64,000 bases of DNA from Acutalibacteraceae bacterium (GTDB lineage: Bacteria > Bacillota > Clostridia > Oscillospirales > Acutalibacteraceae), in assembly GCA_051881695.1 (NCBI GenBank), contig JBJEQJ010000020.1:185853-249852 (forward strand). The letters are read 5' to 3'. The position numbers were made by a program, and so were the translations under genes. Positions 54,299 through 62,880 of this stretch are shown piece by piece; position 1 is the first letter of the stretch, and every line of letters begins with the position of its first letter. Under the pieces are notes generated by a model, which saw only the letters and a program-made list of their open reading frames with translations, did not search any database and was not told where the DNA came from.

Positions 54299-55063
54299 AT
54301 GAAAATTATTGGCGTTATTCCGGCTCGTTACAAATCTTCTCGTTTTCCGGGAAAACCGTTAGCAGATATTTGCGGCAAGCCAATGATATGGTGGGTTTAT
54401 CAGCAGTGCAAAAAAGTTGAGGATTTTGATGCAGTTTACGTGGCAACAGATGATGATAAAATTTTTGATACCTGTAAATCTCTCGGTATTGAGGTTATTA
54501 TGACTTCTGATAAGCATAAAACAGGAACTGACAGAATAGGAGAGGTTGCAAGGAAGATTCCTGCTGACTTGATTGTAAATATCCAGGGTGATGAACCGTT
54601 GCTTGAGCCTGCAACAATTAAGGCAGCCATTGAGCCTTTTTATACTAATTCTCAGCTTCAGGTTTCTAATCTTATGACCAAGATTAATGACCCGGTAGAT
54701 GTTGTAAACTTTACTGTTCCCAAAGTTATCACAAATAAGGACGGTATCGGTATATATTTAACCCGCGCAACTGCGCCTTATCCTAAAGGCAGTATTGATT
54801 ATGCATACTACAAGCAGGTTTGTGTATATGGCTTTAAGCCTGAAGCACTCGACTTTTATTGTGACTATGGTATGAAATATGGTAAAGCAAAGATAGAGGC
54901 GGTTGAAGATATAGAAATTCTCCGCTTTATTGAAAACGGATATAAAGTTCAGTACATTGAGGTGGATTCTGAAACTGTAGCAGTAGATACACCGAATGAT
55001 TTAGAAAAGGTTCGTGCGATTGTTTCTGAGAAAATAGAGTCGGGTGAAATTAGTAATCAGTAA
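54299..55063 (+). CDS. kdsB: 3-deoxy-manno-octulosonate cytidylyltransferase homologue (CMP-ulosonic-acid synthetase)
   Basis: IGVIPARYKSSRFPGKPLADICGKPMIWWV, MTSDKHKTGTDRIGEV and NIQGDEPLL align motif-for-motif with E. coli KdsB ([42 protein letters not shown]). Confidence 0.8.
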   Translation: MKIIGVIPARYKSSRFPGKPLADICGKPMIWWVYQQCKKVEDFDAVYVATDDDKIFDTCKSLGIEVIMTSDKHKTGTDRIGEVARKIPADLIVNIQGDEPLLEPATIKAAIEPFYTNSQLQVSNLMTKINDPVDVVNFTVPKVITNKDGIGIYLTRATAPYPKGSIDYAYYKQVCVYGFKPEALDFYCDYGMKYGKAKIEAVEDIEILRFIENGYKVQYIEVDSETVAVDTPNDLEKVRAIVSEKIESGEISNQ

Positions 55064-55074
55064 GAGGTACTCAT

Positions 55075-56655
55075 ATGGGCAGCATAAAAGTTCTGGATTG
55101 TACGTTAAGAGACGGCGGTTATTGTAACGAATGGCTCTTTGGCAAAAATAATACGGTTAAAATTATTAACGGTCTTGTTGAAGCCGGTGTTGATATTGTT
55201 GAGTGTGGATTTCTGACTAATCAGGTGGAATATAATGAGGATGTAACTAAGTTTACCACAATGGAGGAAGTTGCTGCTGTGCTTCCGCAAAACCGTGAGG
55301 GTAAGCTGTTTGTTTGCCTTACTAATTACGGCGAATATAATCCGGATGATATTCCTGATAATGATGGATCTTCGCTTGACGGTATTCGTATTGCATTTCA
55401 TAAAAAGGATATGATTCCTGCACTTAAACTTTGTAAAGAAATAAAGAAAAAGGGATACAAGGTCTTTGTTCAGGCAATGGTTTCGTTGAATTACAGTGAT
55501 GAGGAGTTTATTGATCTTATCCGCCGTGTTAATGAATTTATGCCCTATGCGTTTTACATAGTAGACAGCTTTGGTGTAATGAAACGCAAGGACTTAATAC
55601 GGCTGTTTTATATGGTAGAGCATAACCTTTCCGACGGGATTACTATCGGTTATCACTCTCACAATAATCTACAGCTGGCTTATTCAAATGCACAGGCTCT
55701 TGTGGATATTAGAACTAAACGTGATCTGATTTTAGATTCCAGTGTTTTTGGTATGGGACGCGGGGCAGGAAATTTAAATACAGAGCTGTTCGTAGAATAT
55801 TTAAATGATAATATAGGTACGCAATACAAGCTAAAGCCATTGCTGACTATTATTGATGAGATTTTAAATCCGTTTTATCAGCGCAATTATTGGGGGTATT
55901 CTCTGCCGAACTACCTTTCTGCAAAGCATAATGCACATCCCAATTATGCAGGTTATCTTGATGCGAAGAAAACCTTAACTGTAGAGAATATAGACGAGAT
56001 TTTCGCCATGATGGATGATGATAAACGAACAAGCTATGATAAGGAATATATTGAGAATCTATATGTAAAATATATGGCTACAGGCAATGTTCAGGAATCT
56101 CATTTGGCTGAACTTAAAGGAATAATTGCAGGAAAAGAAGTATTGATTATTGCACCGGGGCGCAGTTCTGTTGAAGAAAAGGAAGCAATTATCAGTAGGG
56201 CAAAGCAAAAAGATGTAGTTTCAATCAGCGTTAATTTTGATTATACAGAATTTGATACGGACTTTATTTTCATCAGTAATCTTAGACGGTTTCGGGAGCT
56301 TAATACGAACAAACATAAGAAGTGTATAGTTACCTCAAATATTCCTGCTATTGATATTTATTTGCAAACAAATTATCAAAGCCTTTTAAACGGACAGGAT
56401 TATGTTCGTGATAATGCGGGAATGATGCTGATTAAGTACCTTATAATGCTTGGGGCAAAGAAAGTGCTGGTTGCAGGTGTTGACGGCTACTCGATTGATC
56501 CTACTCAGAACTTTGCGGATCAAAAAATGAATTTCTTTACACAAAAAGCAACCTTCGAGGCTATGAATCTTGGTATGAATGAGGTTCTCAGTGAGTACAG
56601 CAAACAAATTGATATTGAATTTATTACCACGCCAAAATTTGTGCGTGTAATGTGA
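55075..56655 (+). CDS. Fusion protein: HMGL-like (DmpG-type) pyruvate aldolase domain plus a C-terminal DUF115/MptE-like domain
   Basis: The N-domain has VLDCTLRDGGY, the GYHSHNN His-x-His metal site and GMGRGAGNLNTE. The C-domain has VLIIAPGRSS ... ISVNF ... LGAKKVLVAGVDGYS, the same layout as the DUF115 protein at 50830. Confidence 0.65.
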   Translation: MGSIKVLDCTLRDGGYCNEWLFGKNNTVKIINGLVEAGVDIVECGFLTNQVEYNEDVTKFTTMEEVAAVLPQNREGKLFVCLTNYGEYNPDDIPDNDGSSLDGIRIAFHKKDMIPALKLCKEIKKKGYKVFVQAMVSLNYSDEEFIDLIRRVNEFMPYAFYIVDSFGVMKRKDLIRLFYMVEHNLSDGITIGYHSHNNLQLAYSNAQALVDIRTKRDLILDSSVFGMGRGAGNLNTELFVEYLNDNIGTQYKLKPLLTIIDEILNPFYQRNYWGYSLPNYLSAKHNAHPNYAGYLDAKKTLTVENIDEIFAMMDDDKRTSYDKEYIENLYVKYMATGNVQESHLAELKGIIAGKEVLIIAPGRSSVEEKEAIISRAKQKDVVSISVNFDYTEFDTDFIFISNLRRFRELNTNKHKKCIVTSNIPAIDIYLQTNYQSLLNGQDYVRDNAGMMLIKYLIMLGAKKVLVAGVDGYSIDPTQNFADQKMNFFTQKATFEAMNLGMNEVLSEYSKQIDIEFITTPKFVRVM

Positions 56656-56665
56656 GGATAGTAAA

Positions 56666-57694
56666 ATGAAAAAAGTTGTATCATTTGGAGAGATATTATT
56701 GCGTTTGGCTGCACCGGGTTATACTAAGCTGTTTCAGAAAGACAGTTTAGATTCCACTTTTTGCGGAGGCGAAGCAAATGTTGCTGTTTCATTATCAATA
56801 TTTGGTTTGGAGTCCGCCTTTGTGACAAAGCTGCCACATAATGATGTTGGTATTGCAGCGGCAAATTCTTTGAATTATTTTCGGGTTGATACTTCCAAAA
56901 TCATATATGGAGAAGGCAGAATGGGTCTTTATTATCTTGAAAAAGGTGCGTCGCAGCGCCCTTCAAAGGTAATTTATGACCGTGCTTATTCTGCAATTGC
57001 AATGGCAAAACAGAATGAGTTTGACTGGGATTCTATCCTTGAAGGTGCAGATTGGTTCCACTGGACAGGAATTAATCCGGCGTTATCTGACGAGCTTGCG
57101 GAAATTTGTTTACATGCATGTAAAGCTGCAAAGGCGAAGGGGATTACAGTTTCCTGCGATTTAAATTATCGTAAAAATTTGTGGAGCAGTGAAAAGGCAA
57201 AATCAGTTATGACAAAATTGATGCCTTATGTAGATGTATGCATCGCAAATGAAGAAGATGCGGAAAAGGTTCTTGGGATTAAGTCTTTTGGAACAGATGT
57301 TGAAAGCGGTGCATTAAATGTTTCCGGATATCAACAGGTTGCAGAAGAAATTTGTAAAGCATACGGCTGTAAATACGCAGCTGTTACATTAAGAAAAAGT
57401 TATTCTGCCAGCCGTAACGGTTGGCAAGCTATGTTGTATAACGCTTCTGAAGAGAAAGCGTATTTTTCAAAAGAATATGACATCCAGATTGTTGACCGTG
57501 TCGGCGGTGGAGACAGCTTTACTGCCGCGTTAATTTATAGCCTGATTACAGAAAAAGAAAACCGGTATGCTATTGAATTTGCAACAGCAGCAAGCTGCCT
57601 TAAACACACAATTGAGGGTGACTATAATCGCACAACAGTGCAGGACGTAGAAGCACTGCTTAGAAGCGGAGGAAACGGCAGAGTACAGCGTTAA
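56666..57694 (+). CDS. PfkB-family sugar-acid kinase, 2-dehydro-3-deoxygluconokinase-like
   Basis: VVSFGEILLRLAAPG...FCGGEANVAVSL N-terminus and the C-terminal DRVGGGDSFTAALIY anion-hole motif, as in KdgK. Confidence 0.75.
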   Translation: MKKVVSFGEILLRLAAPGYTKLFQKDSLDSTFCGGEANVAVSLSIFGLESAFVTKLPHNDVGIAAANSLNYFRVDTSKIIYGEGRMGLYYLEKGASQRPSKVIYDRAYSAIAMAKQNEFDWDSILEGADWFHWTGINPALSDELAEICLHACKAAKAKGITVSCDLNYRKNLWSSEKAKSVMTKLMPYVDVCIANEEDAEKVLGIKSFGTDVESGALNVSGYQQVAEEICKAYGCKYAAVTLRKSYSASRNGWQAMLYNASEEKAYFSKEYDIQIVDRVGGGDSFTAALIYSLITEKENRYAIEFATAASCLKHTIEGDYNRTTVQDVEALLRSGGNGRVQR

Positions 57695-57773
57695 TTTTTT
57701 ATTGGTTTTTCAGGTAACGCAATTTGCCTGAATATGATTTCAAGATTATATTCGTTTGAAAAGGGGGGAGCTT

Positions 57774-58802
57774 ATGGATATAAAGGCAAATAGTAATAGA
57801 ATAGAGTGGGTTGATACTGCCAAGGGTATCGGTCTTTTGTTAGTTATGCTTGGACATTTACCGACTCCTTATCTTGATACGTGGATTTACACTTTCCATA
57901 TGCCGCTCTTCTTTTTTTTATCCGGCTTTGTTTTTTCCGGACAAAAATATAGTTTTAAAGATTTTTTGATTAAGCGAATTAAATCACTGGTTATTCCTTA
58001 TTTTACGTTAGGAGCAGTTATTTATTTGTTCTATGTTATTGTCAATGCGATAATCGGACCTGAAAACGGATTATATGGCTCTAATATGGATATGCTGTGT
58101 AACTTTTTGGTGCAAAAGCATTTTTGGACAGTTTGGTTTTTAGCCTGCCTGTTTATTGTCGAGATTATTTATTATTGGATTTCTGCTTTGTTTTCCAAAT
58201 TTCGGGGAATTTCAACTGTTGTTTCTCTATGTATATGTGTAATTGGATTATCGTTATATCATTTTGGTTGTAACGGATTGCCGTGGAACATTGATGTTGC
58301 TCTTGTTGCACAGTTCTTCTTTCATGCGGGCTTTAAGTTACGTAAGGCTGATAATTTCAGAAGCTTTCTTTTTAACCTTTCCAAAGCAAAATACATACTT
58401 ACAATACTGGGTTTGCTTGTTGTTAATGTCGGAGCAGGTGCTCTTTGCATCAAGGTGGCGAGGGAATCGTTGGATATGTCTGTCGGACTCTACGGCAATG
58501 AACCCTTAACCTTTATCTCTGCATTCGCAGGAATAATGATGATAATAATGGTTGCAAATAAAATCCACAGCAGATTTTTTTCATATCTTGGCAGAAATAC
58601 AATGATATTGTTTTCTTGGCATTCCAGGATAGTGATTGTACTTTGCGGATATATTTATAAATACTTCGGAATTTTTCAAGGCGGCAGATTGGCAGAAGAG
58701 ATTCTTAACACAGTTGTGACATTAGCGGTTATTCTTGCTGTTTTGATTCCTGTAAATGAATTGATTAAAAAGAGCAGATTTCATGCAATATTCGGAGTGT
58801 AA
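57774..58802 (+). CDS. Acyltransferase-3 family membrane O-acyltransferase
   Basis: RIEWVDTAKGIGLLLVMLGH, MPLFFFLSGFVF and IKRIKSLVIPYF. Start at ATG 57774 with a GGGGGAG RBS. Confidence 0.8.
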   Translation: MDIKANSNRIEWVDTAKGIGLLLVMLGHLPTPYLDTWIYTFHMPLFFFLSGFVFSGQKYSFKDFLIKRIKSLVIPYFTLGAVIYLFYVIVNAIIGPENGLYGSNMDMLCNFLVQKHFWTVWFLACLFIVEIIYYWISALFSKFRGISTVVSLCICVIGLSLYHFGCNGLPWNIDVALVAQFFFHAGFKLRKADNFRSFLFNLSKAKYILTILGLLVVNVGAGALCIKVARESLDMSVGLYGNEPLTFISAFAGIMMIIMVANKIHSRFFSYLGRNTMILFSWHSRIVIVLCGYIYKYFGIFQGGRLAEEILNTVVTLAVILAVLIPVNELIKKSRFHAIFGV

Positions 58803-58943
58803 GTAAATGCAATATGAATGAATTTCAGTTGCAATGCCGTGGAATTAAAAGTATAATATGAGTGGCAAATCAGAAAGGATTAAGCTATAAAAGAGTTAAG
58901 AGCAAAAATACTGATTATATCCGGAAATGAATTTTAAGGGAGT

Positions 58944-59957
58944 ATGGAAATGAACAACGAATCACTTATAAGTGTAATTGTACCTATCTATAAGGTTGAA
59001 AAATACTTAAAAAGATGTGTTGACAGTATATTAAATCAGACATATAAGAATTTGGAGATAATACTTGTTGACGACGGCTCGCCTGATAATTGCCCGAGGA
59101 TGTGTGACGAATACGCTGAGAAGGACGATAGAATAAAGGTTATTCATAAAGAGAACGGAGGCTTATCTGACGCCAGAAATAAGGGGATTGACATTGCAAA
59201 CGGTGAATACCTTGCTTTTATTGATTCTGATGATTTTGTTAGTGAGGATTATATTGAAAAGCTATATGATGCAATTTTAAAAGGTGATGCCGATTTATCT
59301 ATGTGCAGTTTTATTTATGTGGACGAGCAAGGGGCAATCCTTTCCGATAAAAGAAATCACAATCCTATGGTTGACACTGTTTTATGTGCTAAAGAGGTAC
59401 TGGAATATTTTTATAGGGAAAACGGATGGTACTATGTTGTTGCTTGGAATAAGTTGTACAAAAAAGAGTTATTTAATGATGTAAGATTTCCATATGGAAA
59501 GGTGCATGAGGATCAATATGTTTTTCATCATATCATAAGTAAATGCAGCAGAGTTTCTGTGATAAGCAGTCGCCTTGTATACTATTCGCAAAGACAAGAC
59601 AGTATTATGGGTACTTTAAACAGTAAAACAATTCCTGATGATATGGGCTGGCGATATGAACGGTTTATGTTTTTTAGACATAAGGGTTGGGAAGAACTTG
59701 AAAAACTTGCGGCACTGGATTATTTTTATGCAGGGTATAATGTGCTTTCCCGAATTTGGAAGAGCTTTGAAAAGCAGGAGAGATTGTGTGCTAAGGCATT
59801 GCTAAAGCAGATGAAGGAAGTATACCTATGGCTGAAAATGAATAATGAATTAAAAGAATTTTCAAATCTTGGTTTTAATCTGCTCAAACATAATTACAGG
59901 CTTTATTTTTTACTTATAACATTAAAGCGCAGAGTGAAAGGGAAAAGTAAGGGATAA
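58944..59957 (+). CDS. Glycosyltransferase family 2
   Basis: ISVIVPIYKVEKYLKRCVDSILNQTY...VDDGSPDN and IDSDD. Its N-domain is a close paralogue of the GT2 at 52955. Confidence 0.88.
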   Translation: MEMNNESLISVIVPIYKVEKYLKRCVDSILNQTYKNLEIILVDDGSPDNCPRMCDEYAEKDDRIKVIHKENGGLSDARNKGIDIANGEYLAFIDSDDFVSEDYIEKLYDAILKGDADLSMCSFIYVDEQGAILSDKRNHNPMVDTVLCAKEVLEYFYRENGWYYVVAWNKLYKKELFNDVRFPYGKVHEDQYVFHHIISKCSRVSVISSRLVYYSQRQDSIMGTLNSKTIPDDMGWRYERFMFFRHKGWEELEKLAALDYFYAGYNVLSRIWKSFEKQERLCAKALLKQMKEVYLWLKMNNELKEFSNLGFNLLKHNYRLYFLLITLKRRVKGKSKG

Positions 59958-60209
59958 TATAATTTGATAATACAGTGGGTTAGTTTATGCTTTGGTTATT
60001 AATTTGTTAAAAATACTATATTAAGTTGTATAAATAGGTTGGTGAAAAACAGGTTGAAATAACCATGGATTAATTTGTCTTCAATTATTGCTGTTAATCA
60101 ATATGCTGATGATTATGATGTACTGTATGCTGCATAATTTTCAATTACAATAGCTTGTAGTTTACGAGTGTGCGAATACGTCCGGCATAAAAACAGAAAG
60201 GTAGATAAT

Positions 60210-61760
60210 ATGTCAAGAAGATTTAACACGGGTTTAGATAATAAAAGAATTGCAATTAATATGGTTTTTAGTGTTATAGCCTTTGCGTTAAACACTTTTA
60301 TCAGTTTCTTTATTACACCATATATAACAAAAAAATTGGGGTCTGATGCGTATGGATTTGTTAAGTTGGCAAATGACTTTACTAGCTACGCTTCATTGGC
60401 GAGCATTGCTTTAAATTCTATGGCCAGCCGCTTTATTATGCTGGAGAGAGAAAAAAAGAATTTTGACGGAGCCATTAGGTATTATTCTTCGATAACAATT
60501 GCAAATATTGTGCTATCGGCAATCTTAGCGCTTCCTTCTTTAATATGTATTATCTTCCTTGACAAAATCATTAATGTTCCTGTTTCTATGATTACGGAGG
60601 TTAGAATAACATTTGCAATTACTTTTACGAATTTTATGTTATCTTTGGCCTTTTCGACATTTGGCAACTGCTACTATCTTACCAATAGATTGGACAAAAG
60701 CTCTGTTAGGAATATGCAGTCGAATATAATTCGAGTGGGATGTATTTTGGGATTGTTTTTGGCATTTTCTCCGCATATTAGTTTTATAGCAGTAGGTAGC
60801 TTGGCTTCTGTTGTGTTTTTAATTATTTGTAATTTATACTATCACCGAAAATTAACACCGGATTTGGTGTTTGACCGACGCACTTTTGATTGGGCTGCAG
60901 TGAGAGAGGTGCTCGCTGCCGGCGTTTGGAATAGTTTAACCAAATTAAGTCAGATTTTTTCGTCGGGTTTAGATTTATTGGTGACGAATATCTTTATAGG
61001 CTCTACAGAAATGGGCTATTTATCTATAGCAAAAACAATTCCCAGTCTGATTGTTTCTTTAAATTCAACTGTCTCGAATGCTTTCAACCCTAATATGATG
61101 CAATTATATGCGAAGGGGGATATGCAGCAGCTAAAAAAAGCAACTAAGTCGGCAATGAGATTTATGTGTCTGTTTGTGACAGTTCCCACAGCAATACTGA
61201 TAACTATGGGCGAGGAATTTTTCTGCCTGTGGGTTCCTGACCAACCGGCAAAATTAATTAACATACTATCTGTTTTGACGGTTGTTAATTCTTGTATTAC
61301 AGGTCCCATGCAGCCTCTTTATCAGGTTTTTACAATTGCAAACAAGGTTAAACAAAGCTCGATTGTTATGATTATATATGGATTTGCAAGCATTTTGTGC
61401 ACCTATATTTGCCTTCAGACAACAAATTTGGGGTTATATGCGGTTGCGGGTGTCAGCCTGGTTGGTTCTGTGGTTGTAGCTCTTTGTTATCATATTCCAT
61501 TTGCAGCGGTTTATGTTGGTTTACCATGGTATACTTTTTTTCCGGAGATATTAAAAAGTGTTCTTTCGCTTGCAGTTGTCAGCGCAGTGGGAGCTTTGGT
61601 TAATCTATTTTTTGCGCTGGAAACTTCTTGGATAATGTGGTTCACAGGCGCAGGTGTTACTGCTTGCATTGGTCTGTGTTTGAATGCATTATTAATTCTG
61701 AACAAGAAGGAACGTAAGAAGCTACTGAGTGTTTTATACGGAAAGTTGAGGAGAAGATGA
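60210..61760 (+). CDS. Wzx-type oligosaccharide flippase (MOP superfamily)
   Basis: 517 aa with about 14 TM segments and a polysaccharide-biosynthesis-protein-like N-terminus. Start at ATG 60210. Confidence 0.75.
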   Translation: MSRRFNTGLDNKRIAINMVFSVIAFALNTFISFFITPYITKKLGSDAYGFVKLANDFTSYASLASIALNSMASRFIMLEREKKNFDGAIRYYSSITIANIVLSAILALPSLICIIFLDKIINVPVSMITEVRITFAITFTNFMLSLAFSTFGNCYYLTNRLDKSSVRNMQSNIIRVGCILGLFLAFSPHISFIAVGSLASVVFLIICNLYYHRKLTPDLVFDRRTFDWAAVREVLAAGVWNSLTKLSQIFSSGLDLLVTNIFIGSTEMGYLSIAKTIPSLIVSLNSTVSNAFNPNMMQLYAKGDMQQLKKATKSAMRFMCLFVTVPTAILITMGEEFFCLWVPDQPAKLINILSVLTVVNSCITGPMQPLYQVFTIANKVKQSSIVMIIYGFASILCTYICLQTTNLGLYAVAGVSLVGSVVVALCYHIPFAAVYVGLPWYTFFPEILKSVLSLAVVSAVGALVNLFFALETSWIMWFTGAGVTACIGLCLNALLILNKKERKKLLSVLYGKLRRR

Positions 61761-62875
61761 GTATAAAAAATGTTTTGATACGGAATGATTTGGTTTTCGG
61801 CGGTGGGGTAGAAAATGTTATGTATAACCTTGTAAATTATCTGTCGAAACGCGGTTACAGAGTGACTGTTGCAGGGGAGCAATGCAAAAAAAGAGAATTC
61901 TATAAATCCTATCCGCAGGAGGTAAGGTTTGTTAGAGAAAAACTGTTTTATGAAAGACAAACTCGCTATTCGATAAAATGGTTATTTGCAGGGTGCCTAA
62001 ATAGGATATATAAATTATATTATGAGCATATAACGAAAAGACATTATGATGTAGCCATTGCCTTAAAAGAGGGACCTTGTATGAAAGAACTTGTTTGCGC
62101 AAATGCCGAAAAAAAGTTTGCATGGGTTCACGTAGACTATAATTATGCGCATTGGACCAGTTGTTGTTTTAAATCAAATGAAGAAGAGCGACAATATATG
62201 AGACAATACGATCGTGTTGTTTGTGTGTCGCAGTCAGCAGCGGATTCAGTTGTGCATACAATCGGTGATCCGGGGAATTTATGTGTAAAATACAATCCGC
62301 TTGATGTAAAACGGATAAAGGAATTATCTGCAGTTCCCGACGAACAGATAAAAAGAAGCGAAAAGCTGATTTTTGTGTCTGTCGGAAGACTGGCTAAGCC
62401 AAAAAACTATCCATTACTGCTACAGGTTTGCACTGAGTTAGAAAAGAAGTATAACTTCGAGGTTTGGATTATTGGAGACGGGCCTGAAGAGGGAGCGATA
62501 AAAAAAATGATTGAAGAGCTTGGTACATCCAGCGTCAGGCTGTTAGGCAAAAAAGGTAATCCGTATTGTATTATGAGCTGTGCAGATGTGTTTGTGAGCT
62601 CGTCAACTTGTGAGAGTTACGGTCTTGCGATTCAGGAGGCATTGATTCTGGGCCTTCCGGTTGTAGCAGTTAAATGTCCTGCGATTGAGGAGGTTTTTGA
62701 CAAACGGTTTGGTATTTTGTCAGATAATTCTTTCGGGGGATTATACGAGGCTATAGAAAAGATGTTACTTTACGAAGAGCTACGCAGACAATGCAAAAAC
62801 AATATTAAGAATTATTATCGAACTGATAATCTGTATGAGAAACGGTTGCATGAAATTTGCAGATTATGGGAGTGA
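61757..62875 (+). CDS. Glycosyltransferase family 4
   Basis: GGGVENVMYNL N-terminus and the C-terminal SSTCESYGLAIQEALILGLPVVA. It has an ATGA overlap with the flippase gene. Confidence 0.85.
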   Translation: MSIKNVLIRNDLVFGGGVENVMYNLVNYLSKRGYRVTVAGEQCKKREFYKSYPQEVRFVREKLFYERQTRYSIKWLFAGCLNRIYKLYYEHITKRHYDVAIALKEGPCMKELVCANAEKKFAWVHVDYNYAHWTSCCFKSNEEERQYMRQYDRVVCVSQSAADSVVHTIGDPGNLCVKYNPLDVKRIKELSAVPDEQIKRSEKLIFVSVGRLAKPKNYPLLLQVCTELEKKYNFEVWIIGDGPEEGAIKKMIEELGTSSVRLLGKKGNPYCIMSCADVFVSSSTCESYGLAIQEALILGLPVVAVKCPAIEEVFDKRFGILSDNSFGGLYEAIEKMLLYEELRRQCKNNIKNYYRTDNLYEKRLHEICRLWE

Positions 62876-62880
62876 CTTAT

